DNA from: an uncultured delta proteobacterium
GTDB lineage: Bacteria > Myxococcota > Myxococcia > Myxococcales > Myxococcaceae
Length of the DNA: 64,000 bases
Assembly (NCBI GenBank): GCA_963771175.1
Contig: CAVYSY010000021.1
Coordinates: 96,001-160,000, forward strand
Reading direction: 5' to 3'
Below the pieces are notes generated by a model. It searched no databases. It worked only from the letters and a program-made list of their open reading frames with translations, and was not told the DNA's origin. Shown in pieces: positions 36,468 through 46,370 of the stretch (position 1 is its first letter; each line of letters begins with the position of its first letter). Position numbers and translations under genes: made by a program.

Positions 36468-38238
36468 CTAGAAGCCGCTGCCCGGGTGGGTTTTGTGGCA
36501 GCTACCGGTGCACTGCTGGAAGGACTCGCGCCCGCCGCCCACGTACATGCTGCTCGATGGGCCCGAACTTCTCCACGTGGGACTCGGGGTAGCTCTTGTG
36601 GCACGAGAGGCAGGCGGCCTTGCTGGTGCGCTGGGTGCTCTCCTGCGACAGGTGGCAGGAGGAGCACTTCTCCAGGGGCGCGTCGAAGCGGCCGCGCGAG
36701 TGGACGAAGTGCGTGCGCACCGCGACGGGGCCCTCCAGCTCGAAGGCGAGCGGGGCGTGGCAGGTGGTGCAGGTGGCGCGGTTCGTCGGTGGCGTGCAGC
36801 ACCTTGCCCAGCTCGCCGCCCTGCTGGTGGCAGGTGCTGCACTTGCCGGTGGTGAGCGTGGCCTCGGTGCGCTGGGTCGTGCCGACCTGGATTTCCACGG
36901 TGCGGCTGGCGGGGACGTCCTCGCCCAGGTAGACGCGGCGGGCCTTCACCGTCACCCGGTAGGTGCCCGGCTCGGCGTTGGCCGGCAGCTGGTGCGTCCA
37001 GGTGTCGCTCACCGGAGCGACCCAGCCCGCGTGCGTCGGGTCAAACGCGCCGCCGAAGAGGTCGTTCGCCGGCGGCACGAGCGAGGCCTGGGCGAAGACG
37101 CCGTCGCGCTCGGGCGTGGCGATGGAGATGACGTCATCGGGCCCGAGGAAGGACTCCAGCTCGACGATGTTGCGCATGGGCTGGATGCGGTGGGCAGGGC
37201 CGATGAAGGACACCGAGAAGTTGCGCTCGCGATGCTTGCGACGATAGTACGTCGGCGGCCGCTCGAAGAAGCCCCGGTAGTACTCGATGCCGGACGTCGA
37301 CCTGCCCGAAGAGGAACTCGGCGTAGGTCGGCAGGCTGCCGGCCGGGTGGAGGGGCTTGCCGGCCCCGTCCTTCAGGGTCATCTGGAAGGTCACCGCGGA
37401 CCCGGGCGCGTAGGTGCCGTCGGCGCGCGGCGGGGTGAGGGCCTTGATGTCGATGGAGAAGCCGTAGCCCCAGGTGGGGTTGAGCACCTGCTCCACGGGG
37501 ATGAGGTAGGGGGCGCCGTTGCGCGCCGACCAGTCCAGGCGCAGGGCCCGGGTGTCCGGGGAGAGGGTGAAGGGGGTGGCCCCGGTGCGAGCGTTGCGCA
37601 CCTCGACGAGCGCCTCCTCGGTGAAGTTGCTCGCGCCGGTGCAGTCGCTGGCCGAGCGGCAGTCGCGGGTCCACTGGATGCCGCGCAGGCGGCGGATGAA
37701 GAAGTCGTCGTTGGACTTGCGCTTGTCCTCGCTGCCGATGCGCAGGGGGATGGCCCGGCCGGTGGGGCGGCCCTGGGCGTCCACCGGCTGCACGGTGAAG
37801 ACGCTGGGCTGCTCCATCCACTGCGCGCCCCGGTAGAAGCGGCGGCGGGTGAACTTGCCGGTGCCGTCCATGTTGGCGGCGAGGTAGCGATCGTCGTCGG
37901 CGAGCTCGCACCCCCTGCCAGGCGAGCGAGGCGAAGTCACCCTGGGTGCGCAGGCCGTTCACGCCCTGGTCCACCGAGGTGGAGATGGCGGCGCGCAGGT
38001 CGAGCTGGTTGATGAAGAAGGTCTCTCCGGCCTTCACCTTGAGGGGAACGGGCACGCCGTTGTCCACCTCGAGCGCCAGCCCCACGGGGGCCCGGGCCGG
38101 AGCGGGGCGCACGGCCGCGGCCTCCGCCAGGTCCTGGGCCACGCTGGTGGGCGCCTGCTCGGCCTCCTCCCGCTCCGCGCAACCCGTCCCCAGCAGGGCG
38201 AGTGCCGCGAGCCACAGGCCACGCCGAATCCCCTTCAT
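36468..38238 (-). CDS. Multiheme (about five hemes) c-type cytochrome lipoprotein, frameshifted
   Basis: Lipobox LLGTGC; CSTCH, CTTCH, CSSCH, CLSCH and CTGSCH near the C-terminus; beta-rich N-terminal domains (PGTYRVTVKARR). Confidence 0.8.
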
Positions 38239-38558
38239 CGCCGGGGTGCGGACAGTCCTCTGCGACGGCACACAATGCGCTCCAGTTCCGCTCATGGCGG
38301 CCCCTCCTCGCTGTCGTTGCGACGGGCGCGGATCTACGCCCCGTCTGTTTCGCGCCAGCGGCTCTCGTCCTTTCCCACCAGGTCGGAGCGCTGGCTTTCG
38401 CGCTATTCCCTGTCAGCCAGGAAACAGCTCGAATCGAGCAACGACAGAATAAAGGGGTTTCACCTGAAATTTCAACTTCCAGGAGAAAATTCAGCATTCC
38501 CTGTAGTACGGAGTGTGCAGTTCTAGCGGAATGCACCGCGTCATGAGGACGCGCCGCG

Positions 38559-39512
38559 TCAAGAGGAGGACTGCGGCAGCTCGATGGTGAAGGTGGAGCC
38601 CTCGCCGGGACGGCTGGAGACGTGGACGGTGCCGCCGTGGGCCTCCACGAGCTGGCGGACGATGTAGAGGCCGAGCCCGGCGCCGGGCCGCCCGGTGTCT
38701 CCCAGCCGCTCGAAGCGGCTGAAGAGACGCTCCTGGGCCTCGGGAGGGATGCCCATGCCGTGGTCGCACACCGAGAGGCGGACGCGGGAGTCCTCGGCGA
38801 GGACGTGGAGCTCGATGGGGCGGCCCTGGCCGAACTTGAGGGCGTTGCTCAGCAGGTTGGTGACCACCCGGTCCAGGCGCTGGCGGTCCCACCGGCCGCG
38901 CACCGGGCCCGGCGCGTGGACCACCAGGGCGCTGCCGAGGCCGGCGGCCTGATCGGCGAAGCGCTCGGCCACCTCGCGCAGGAGGGCGGCCAGGTCCAGC
39001 TCCCTGGGCTCCAGGTCCAGCCGGCCAGCGGACAGGCGCGAGAGGTCCAACAGGTCATTCACCATCAGGCCCATGCGGCGCGCCTCGCGCTCGGCCTTGG
39101 CGAGGCCCTCCAGGGCGGGGGCATCCGGGGGCATCTGGCCGCGCAGCCGGTGCAGGCGGAGGTGGAGCGACGTCAGGGGGTTGCCCAGGTCGTGCGCGGC
39201 CACCCCCACCAGCTCGAAGGCGGCCTGGACCTGGTCGCGCAGCCGGGCGTTCTCCTGGGTGAGCGACACGGGGAGGGAATGGGGCTGCTCGGGGTGGAGC
39301 GCCTGCCGCAGCGTCCAGCCCAGCACGCCTCCCATGGCCATCCCCACGAAGCCCGTCATCATCATCGTCAGCCGGAGCCCGCTCGCGTCCAGGGCGAGCG
39401 AGGGCAGGGGGGCCGGTGCCAGGAGCAGCAGCCCCAGCAGGGTCCCTATCGACAGGGTCGACAGGAGCAGGCTCGCGCCGGCGCGCAGCGCGATGGGATG
39501 ACTCGGCAGCAT
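38559..39512 (-). CDS. Membrane sensor histidine kinase (orphan)
   Basis: Two TM segments; AAHDLGNPL, NLLSNALKF, DHGMGI and GLGLYIV motifs. Confidence 0.93.
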   Translation of the reverse strand: MLPSHPIALRAGASLLLSTLSIGTLLGLLLLAPAPLPSLALDASGLRLTMMMTGFVGMAMGGVLGWTLRQALHPEQPHSLPVSLTQENARLRDQVQAAFELVGVAAHDLGNPLTSLHLRLHRLRGQMPPDAPALEGLAKAEREARRMGLMVNDLLDLSRLSAGRLDLEPRELDLAALLREVAERFADQAAGLGSALVVHAPGPVRGRWDRQRLDRVVTNLLSNALKFGQGRPIELHVLAEDSRVRLSVCDHGMGIPPEAQERLFSRFERLGDTGRPGAGLGLYIVRQLVEAHGGTVHVSSRPGEGSTFTIELPQSSS

Positions 39513-39751
39513 GTGGCTTCCCCCCCGGCGGCCCCGGGTCCAGGGTCGCAGGCCCGTCCACCTTGCACGGGGCGGGTCTGTCGAGAAATCGCCCTCGCGG
39601 ACAGGACAGCGTCCGATAGATGACAGATGCGTTGCCCCGGAGTACGAGACGGGACCGAAATTCGCGGGGTTCGCGGGATGGCCTGGGGTGCTTCCCGAGG
39701 TTATGAGCGAACCCTCTTTTTCCTTTCAAACTGAAGGACTCGCTTCCGACC

Positions 39752-42700
39752 ATGTCCCTCGTTCCAGGCAACAAGGTCCGTTACCTCCCCCAGCCCGATT
39801 GGGGCGTGGGGCACCTCCTGTCCCTGGAGGACGCGGGCGCCAAGGCGCTCGTCCTCTTCCCCGCCCGGGAGGGAGAGCCGGTGCTGGTGTCCACCAAGGG
39901 CGGGGCCCTGGTGCCCTACGTGCTCACCAAGGGGGAGCCCGTGCAGACGGCCAAGGGCCGGCGGGCCACCGTGCTGGGCGAGGAGGAGGGCGGCCGCGGC
40001 CTGCGCCGCTACGTCATCCGCTACGCGGACACGGGCGAGGAGGACGAGATGCCCGAGTCCGAGGTGCACGCGCTCGCCCCGCGCTCGGATTTGCTCTCCA
40101 CGCTGCGCGAGGGCCGGGTGGGGGACGCGCGCGCCTTCGCCCTGCGCAAGCAGGCGCTGGTGCTGGACGACGAGCGGCGCTGTGACGCGCTGGGCGCGCT
40201 GCTGGCCAGCCGGGTGATGGTGAAGCCGCACCAGGTGGGCGTGGTGCAGCGCGTGCTGAGCGCGCGCCGGCCGCGCTTCGTGCTCGCCGACGAGGTGGGC
40301 CTGGGCAAGACGATTGAAGCGGGCATGGTGTTCAGCGCCCTGCGCCTGTCGGGGCTCGCCCGGCGCGTGCTGGTGGTGGCCCCCAGCCACCTCACCGTGC
40401 AGTGGCTGGTGGAGCTCTTCCACAAGTTCAACCAGCTCTTCACGCTGATGGACTCGGAGCGCTACGCGCAGTCGCTCAAGGAGATGCCGAGCGTGTCTCC
40501 GTGGGCGCGCTTCCCGCTGGTGGTGACGAGCCTGGAGATGCTCGCGCGCGGCGAGGAGCACCGGGAGGCCGTGGCCGACGAGGGCGCCTTCTGGGACCTG
40601 GTCATCATCGACGAGGCGCACCACCTCAAGGGCGAGAAGGCCTTCGAGGCCGCCGAGGGGCTGGCGGCCAACAGCTGGGGCCTGCTGCTGCTGACGGCGA
40701 CGCCGATGCAGTTGGATCCGGCCGAGTACCACGGGCTGCTCACGCTCATCGACGCGGCCACGGCGCCCACGGTGAAGGGCTTCGAGCAGCGGCTGGCGCG
40801 CCAGGAGGAGCTGAGCACGGCGGTGCGCGGGCTGCTGGAGGGCAAGGACGCGGCGGGCGCGGTGAAGGCCCTGGCCGCGCGCTTCCCGGAGGACCCGAAG
40901 CTCAAGGGGCTGAAGGAGCGCGACGCGCTGCTGCAGCACCTGGCGGAGACGTACAGCCTGTCGGACCGGCTGGTGCGCAACCGGCGCGCGGTGGTGGGTG
41001 GCTTCTCCACGCGTCGCCTGCACCGCCACCCGGTGAAGCTGTCCGCCGAGGAGCTGAAGACGCGCGACGCCGCCCTGGCCGCGCTCGCCGACTCCAACCT
41101 GCGCGGCGCGCCGCTGGGCAACCTGCTGCGCCGGCTGGAGTCCAGCCCCGCCGCTTTCGGCGAGGCCCTGCGCACCAACAAGGCCCTGGCCAGCGTGGCC
41201 GGCAGCCTCAAGCTGCCCTCGCGCGACGCGAAGTTCAGCGCCTTCCTGGAGGTGCTGCGCGGGGTGTGGGGCTCGGAGCCGAACGCCAAGGTGCTCGTCT
41301 TCACCGAGAGCCGCGACACGCTGGAGAACCTGCGCGCGGAGCTGGGGCGCGAGGGGATTGAAGCGCTCGCGTACCATGGAGACCTGCCCATGGTGGAGCG
41401 GGACAGGCAGGTGGCGCGCTTCCGCGACCCCGAGGGCCCCAAGGTGCTGCTGTGCACCGAGGTCGGCGGCGAGGGCCGCAACTTCCAGTTCGCGCACCAC
41501 CTGGTGCACTACGACCTGCCGTGGAGCCCGGCGACGGTGGAGCAGCGCATCGGCCGCCTGGACCGCATCGGGCAGAACCACCCGGTGGAAATCCACGTGT
41601 TCGACCCCGCGGGCACGCTGGCGTCGGACGTGCTGATGCTGCTGGCGGACGCGGTGGGCGTCTTCGGCGAGACGGTGGGCGGCCTGGACGCGGTGCTGGA
41701 GGAGGTGGAGGACCGGCTCACCGAGCTGGCGCTGCTGCCGCGCGAGTCGCGCGTGGCGTACGCCTCGGAGCTGAAGGAGAAGGTGGAGGCGGCGCGGGCG
41801 CAGGTGAAGCGCGCGTATGACCCGCTGCTGGACATCCGCTCGTTCGACCGCGAGGCGGTGGCGCGGCTGGTGACGCGCGCCCAGGAGCGCATGGGCGTGG
41901 AGGCCGACGAGGAGGAGGAGTCGACGCTCGAGGAAGGCCTGTGGAGCGTGGCGAGAGACCTCGACGAGCGGCTCGAGGAATCGGTGACGGAGCTGGCGCG
42001 CCGGGTGGGCATCGGCGTGGACACGGACGAGCAGGTGGATGCCTTCCAGTGCGCGCTGCACTTCGGGCACGCGCTGAAGGTGGAGGGCCTGCCGGGCATC
42101 GACATCACCGAGGACCGGACGGTGCTGGGCACCTTCTGGCGCGACACGGCGGTGGAGGCCGAGGAGCTGGAGTACTTCGCGACGGGCCACCCCATCGTCG
42201 AGGCGCTGTTCGGCTTCCTGCGGGACGGGCCGTACGGGCGCAGCGGGGCGCGCTTCATCGAGAAGCGCGGGCCGATGAAGGCGCGGGGCCTGGAGCTGCT
42301 CTACCACGTGCAGATGCCGGAGCCCGAGGACACCTCGCCGGGAGCACGCGTGCCGAGCCGGCAGATTGCGCGCTTCCTGGAGCGCACGCTGGTGCACGTG
42401 GCGGTGGTGGACGGCCCCACGGGCCCGAAGGCGGACACGGTGGTGTTGCCCGCGCTGGAGGCCGAGGGCAAGACGCTCAAGGGTGACGAGGTGCTGCGCC
42501 TCTTCCCGGGCTTCGGCGGCTTCGTGGACAAGGGCGTGCCGGTGGCGGAGCAGGCCGCCGAGGCCGAGCTGAAGAAGCTGCGGACGCGAGCGCGCAAGGC
42601 GATTGAAGCCGAGCGCGACGCGGCACTGGAGCGCATGCGGCTATCGCTGTCGCACCAGGGACTGGAAGCGGAGTCCGTGGAGGAGCAGCTCGCCGCCGAG

Positions 42701-42787
42701 CGCACCCACTACGAGCGGCTGCTGACGGCGCTGGCGGGGGCGAAGGTGGTGCTCGACTCCGCCTGCGGCTTCGTCATCAACCGCTGA
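39752..42787 (+). CDS. rapA: RapA/HepA-like SNF2 helicase
   Basis: LADEVGLGKTIEAG, IDEAH, LTATP, TEVGGEGRNFQFA and EQRIGRLDRIGQ motifs; N-terminal Tudor-like region; RapA-type C-terminus (GTFWRDTA...GHPIV). Confidence 0.85.
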   Translation: MSLVPGNKVRYLPQPDWGVGHLLSLEDAGAKALVLFPAREGEPVLVSTKGGALVPYVLTKGEPVQTAKGRRATVLGEEEGGRGLRRYVIRYADTGEEDEMPESEVHALAPRSDLLSTLREGRVGDARAFALRKQALVLDDERRCDALGALLASRVMVKPHQVGVVQRVLSARRPRFVLADEVGLGKTIEAGMVFSALRLSGLARRVLVVAPSHLTVQWLVELFHKFNQLFTLMDSERYAQSLKEMPSVSPWARFPLVVTSLEMLARGEEHREAVADEGAFWDLVIIDEAHHLKGEKAFEAAEGLAANSWGLLLLTATPMQLDPAEYHGLLTLIDAATAPTVKGFEQRLARQEELSTAVRGLLEGKDAAGAVKALAARFPEDPKLKGLKERDALLQHLAETYSLSDRLVRNRRAVVGGFSTRRLHRHPVKLSAEELKTRDAALAALADSNLRGAPLGNLLRRLESSPAAFGEALRTNKALASVAGSLKLPSRDAKFSAFLEVLRGVWGSEPNAKVLVFTESRDTLENLRAELGREGIEALAYHGDLPMVERDRQVARFRDPEGPKVLLCTEVGGEGRNFQFAHHLVHYDLPWSPATVEQRIGRLDRIGQNHPVEIHVFDPAGTLASDVLMLLADAVGVFGETVGGLDAVLEEVEDRLTELALLPRESRVAYASELKEKVEAARAQVKRAYDPLLDIRSFDREAVARLVTRAQERMGVEADEEEESTLEEGLWSVARDLDERLEESVTELARRVGIGVDTDEQVDAFQCALHFGHALKVEGLPGIDITEDRTVLGTFWRDTAVEAEELEYFATGHPIVEALFGFLRDGPYGRSGARFIEKRGPMKARGLELLYHVQMPEPEDTSPGARVPSRQIARFLERTLVHVAVVDGPTGPKADTVVLPALEAEGKTLKGDEVLRLFPGFGGFVDKGVPVAEQAAEAELKKLRTRARKAIEAERDAALERMRLSLSHQGLEAESVEEQLAAERTHYERLLTALAGAKVVLDSACGFVINR

Positions 42788-42793
42788 GCCAGA

Positions 42794-42819
42794 CCCCTCT
42801 CCTCCCGAGTGGAGAGGGG
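42794..42819. terminator. Hairpin between convergent genes
   Basis: CCCCTCTCC-N8-GGAGAGGGG. Confidence 0.55.
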
Positions 42820-42829
42820 AGGGCTCCTC

Positions 42830-43399
42830 TCAGACGCGCAGCTTCTCGCGCAGCGTCTTGGCCCGGCCCTGTGTGTCCGGGTCCAGGCTGGTGAGCTCGA
42901 TGCCCTTGAGCCGCTGATCCAGGCTCTTGGGCAGCTTCGCCTTCACCAGCTTGCCCTCGGCCTCCATCTCCTCGAGCTTGCCCAGGGCCTTGTCGGCGAT
43001 GCGCTCGCGGGGGTGGCCCAGCAGGCTGTCGAGGAAGTACGGATCCTCCGGCAGCTCGGGGTACTTCTCCAGGTACTCCAGCACGCCCTGGGCCCAGGCC
43101 CGCGGGTCCTCGGCGGACTCCATCAGCTTCTGCATCGCCTGCTTCTGCGCCTTGCGCTTGCCCTCGGGGTCGAACGTCTTGGCCAGACCCTCGGGCAGCT
43201 CGCCGCCCGTGAAGAGCGCGTCCGCCGCCGCCTTGTACTTCTGGTAGGACGCGCTGCGCTCGATGCGCTGCTGCGCGGGGTCGTCCTGCCGGGAGGTGTG
43301 GCCTCGGCCCTTGCCGCGTCCGGCGTCGATCTCCCGCCAGCTCTTCGTCCGCTTGCCGGAGAAGCCCCCTCCGCCCCCATCGTCCTTTTCACGTGCCAT
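42830..43399 (-). CDS. Hypothetical protein
   Basis: GC3-biased 189-aa ORF, apparently co-transcribed with the upstream gene (3-bp gap). Confidence 0.75.
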   Translation of the reverse strand: MAREKDDGGGGGFSGKRTKSWREIDAGRGKGRGHTSRQDDPAQQRIERSASYQKYKAAADALFTGGELPEGLAKTFDPEGKRKAQKQAMQKLMESAEDPRAWAQGVLEYLEKYPELPEDPYFLDSLLGHPRERIADKALGKLEEMEAEGKLVKAKLPKSLDQRLKGIELTSLDPDTQGRAKTLREKLRV

Positions 43400-43402
43400 T
43401 CA

Positions 43403-44168
43403 TCACTTTCCCTTCCGAGCACTCCACAGCGCCGCCATGCCGCGCTTCACCAGGGTGCGGACCTTCGTCAGCTCCTCGGGTGCCAGGGGGTGCTCCTCGT
43501 CCTGCTCCGCCTCGAACAGCGCCTCGTCCGCGTACGCGGTGAGGGCCGCGGGCACTGGCGGAACCTCCGTGCCCGAGTCTTCCATTGCCTTCGGAGCCAC
43601 GCTCGCGAGTCCCTGCGGCCAGCCGAGCTCCAGCATGGCGTGCAGCTCGAAGAGCAGGTGGCGGGCAACGGCATATCCTTCGTCCGTGAGCCCCGCGGCG
43701 TCAAGCTCGCCCAGAAGCGCGTCCTGCTTGTTTTCGAACGCATCGTGCAGCCGGGTGCGCGCCTTCTCGTCGTCTTCCAGATAACGCCAGGCGGCCTCCA
43801 CGAATGCCGTGTCCGGCTCGTCCGGGGCGAAGAGCGGAGGCGGCGGGAGCTTCTCCTTCTTCGGGCGCGGTGGGCGAGGCCCTTCCTCCAGACGCACCGG
43901 CTTGCCTTCCTCCACCAGGTCCCACAACCCCAGCAGGTTCTGGAAGAGGCGGCGCGCCAGCTCGGGAGAGCCGAAGCGCGGCTCCCTCTCGAAGAGGTCG
44001 GGAGATGACCTCCTGCGAGGGGCGCCCTTCGGCGTGGGCCTGCCTCATGTGCGTCAGTACCGTCAGGCTGTCGTGCGGGGTCCCCGCGAGCTCCAGCAGC
44101 CCGTCGAGCACCTGTGCGCCCTCGAAGTGGCGCACGAAATCCATTCCTTTGGAGCGGGAGCGACTCAT
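43403..44168 (-). CDS. Hypothetical protein (frameshift near 44000)
   Basis: MSRSRSKGMDFVRHFEG... joins LFEREPRFGSPELARRLFQNLLGLWDLVEE... after a single indel. Confidence 0.65.
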
Positions 44169-44211
44169 GGTGTGCACACCGTAGCGCCCGGACGGCTGGG
44201 AGGCACGCGAC

Positions 44212-44448
44212 TCAGTAGGGGACTTCCTCTCCCATCAGATCGTCCTGGCGCTGCTTGGGGTTGGTGGGCCACTCGTAGTCCTCCGGCACATGGCCCCCGC
44301 CGTGCTGGGCGATGCCGTCCCAGCTCACGTCCGGGTACTGCGGGTCGTATCCCGTGCCCTTCCGCTCCGGCTCGTCCGTCACCGCGGTGCGGTTGGCGGG
44401 GGCCACGAAGGGGGTCTCGATGGGTTTGTCGGGCAGGTCGATGGCCAT
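44212..44448 (-). CDS. Small acidic hypothetical protein
   Basis: GAGGAG RBS before MAIDLPDKPIETPF; GC3 bias. Confidence 0.65.
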   Translation of the reverse strand: MAIDLPDKPIETPFVAPANRTAVTDEPERKGTGYDPQYPDVSWDGIAQHGGGHVPEDYEWPTNPKQRQDDLMGEEVPY

Positions 44449-44608
44449 GTGCGGGCTCCTCAGGCCCAACCATAGGGACGCCCGCTCCCCATGGCCCGGA
44501 TCGCCCCGCGCAGACCGGCCAGGGGGCCAGCGGCATGCCCGATCCGTCCTGTCCTGGACCTGCTCGCTTCCGTTTACATGCGTCCGGTCCTAGGCTCGCC
44601 CACCGTAC

Positions 44609-45268
44609 ATGAGCGACCCGTCGTCCGAGAGAGTGAAGGCCGCGGTCCTGGCGCTGTTCCAGGCTCGTCCCATGGAAGGCCCTCCCGGTGATGACGGGCA
44701 GCGCTCCGTCTGGCACCTGTCCAACCACGGCGCGGAGCTGCTCTCCTTCGTGGATGGTGAGGGGCGGGTGCAGCGCCAGGAATTGACGCTGCTGGACGAG
44801 CACTGCGAGTGGACGAGCGGCGTGGGCCTGCGCACCGGACGCGTGGAGCAGGAGGGCTCCACGCGCGCCGAGACCAGTGTCGTCCACCCGGACGCCCAGC
44901 TCGTTCCCGCCCGGCTGCTGCGCGCCGCGCTTGCCCTCGAGCACTACCAGGGCGAGGATCGCTACATCCTTCACATCCAGCGCGTGCTCGCGCTCGCTCG
45001 CCAGGGGCTCGTGCTCTCCGGCGGCGCCACCTCCACGGCCCCGGCTCCCGCCCCGGTGGCCTCGGCTCCAGCCCCGGCGGTCCAGGCTTCCACGGTGACT
45101 TCGCCTCACGCCCCCGCTCCCGTCGCTCCTCCACCCGCACAGCCAGCCCCGGAGCCGCTCATCGACCCCGTCATGCTCCGCCGGCAGAAGACCGAGGGCC
45201 TGACGATGCTCATCGTCCTCGGGTTGGGCCTCATCGCGGGCGTGGCGTCGCTGTTCTGGCTCCTCTAA
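44609..45268 (+). CDS. Hypothetical protein with Pro/Ala linker and C-terminal TM anchor
   Basis: Globular N-terminus, APAPAP linker, LTMLIVLGLGLIAGVASLFWLL tail. Confidence 0.7.
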   Translation: MSDPSSERVKAAVLALFQARPMEGPPGDDGQRSVWHLSNHGAELLSFVDGEGRVQRQELTLLDEHCEWTSGVGLRTGRVEQEGSTRAETSVVHPDAQLVPARLLRAALALEHYQGEDRYILHIQRVLALARQGLVLSGGATSTAPAPAPVASAPAPAVQASTVTSPHAPAPVAPPPAQPAPEPLIDPVMLRRQKTEGLTMLIVLGLGLIAGVASLFWLL

Positions 45269-45289
45269 GGCCCCTGGAGGCCCGCGCCC

Positions 45290-46240
45290 TCACCGGGCGG
45301 AGTGCAGGCCCCGCGCCGGGAGCTGGACCGAGGGAAGGGGGCCGAGCGCCTCGTCGCGCACCGGCGCCTCCAGCAGCAGGTTCGCCAGGTTCGCCTGTCG
45401 TGCCCCCTGGGTGGCGAGCCGCAGCGGGTGCGCATCCAGCATCAGCACGGTCGCGGCGAGCGCCACCAGCGCCATGCTGCCCACCCACTGTCCGACGGCC
45501 TCCGGGTGGAGGAAGAGCTGCCAGCACACGAGCGCGAGCGCCAGGACGACCAGGGCGCCCAGGGCCGCCGAGCGCAGCTCCTGCAACTGGGTGAGCTTCC
45601 GGGTGCCCGAGAGGATGAGCCCGGCCCGGGTCTCCGGCGCCTGCGTGGCCAGCGAGGTGAGCAGCTCGAAGAGTTGGTGCGCCTCGAGCGCCACCAGCAG
45701 CGCGATGCCTCCCAGCACCAGCCCCAGCGCGGCGCCCAGCAGCCGGCCAGCGTCCTCGCCCGAGAGCGCCGCCTGCTCGCGCAGCAGGACGAGCCCCACC
45801 GCGACGCCCACCAGCAGCGCCGCGCTCGTCCACGCCCCCAGCAGGCGCGCCACCATGGCCTCGCCCGTGCCCGCCACCAACACCGCGAGCGCATTGCCGC
45901 CGCCCACTTCCGGCAGTGCGGCCAGCACCCGCTCCACTGCCTCCTCCGTCCCGGCGATGCCGAGGAACCACGGCAGCGTGGCCAGTCCCACCAGTGCCAC
46001 CAGTGGCGCGTGCCGTCCCGACAGGCCCATGCACAGCAGCCACGAGAGCATGCACGTGACGCCCACCACCGCTCCCATCATCAGCAGGCTGTAGGGCCCC
46101 GCGGCCTCCGTCATGCGCCACACCGCGGCGCTGCCTCCCACGAACGAGAGGAACGCGAGACTGAAGCCCAGCACCGCCACGGGGGGCAGTGCGGCGAGGG
46201 CGAGACCGGGCAGGGGATTCAGCTTGGCGGGGACCAGCAT
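45290..46240 (-). CDS. Polytopic membrane protein
   Basis: About eight hydrophobic segments; weak resemblance to MotA/TolQ/ExbB helices. Confidence 0.65.
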   Translation of the reverse strand: MLVPAKLNPLPGLALAALPPVAVLGFSLAFLSFVGGSAAVWRMTEAAGPYSLLMMGAVVGVTCMLSWLLCMGLSGRHAPLVALVGLATLPWFLGIAGTEEAVERVLAALPEVGGGNALAVLVAGTGEAMVARLLGAWTSAALLVGVAVGLVLLREQAALSGEDAGRLLGAALGLVLGGIALLVALEAHQLFELLTSLATQAPETRAGLILSGTRKLTQLQELRSAALGALVVLALALVCWQLFLHPEAVGQWVGSMALVALAATVLMLDAHPLRLATQGARQANLANLLLEAPVRDEALGPLPSVQLPARGLHSAR

Positions 46241-46370
46241 GCCTGAAGGATTATACCCTTTCCGCCAGGATTTCCAGGATTGGTCCAAAAGTACGACTTG
46301 CTTGCCTGGCGGAGAACGTTGCGGGCGAGTCTCGCGCCGGATGGCGGACAGTGGAGCGGGGGCTCGTCCG

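Noticed and set aside
38391..38537. Short palindromes upstream of the cytochrome gene (TGAAATTTCA; CTGGCT-N18-AGCCAG; GTGCA...TGCAC) as NsrR/FNR or sigma54 sites
   Set aside because: None matches those consensus sequences well. The region is probably regulatory, but no specific site can be supported.
39752..42787. SNF2 helicase as part of a defence system (DISARM/BREX-like)
   Set aside because: Length and motifs fit RapA, and no methylase, nuclease or other defence partner is adjacent.
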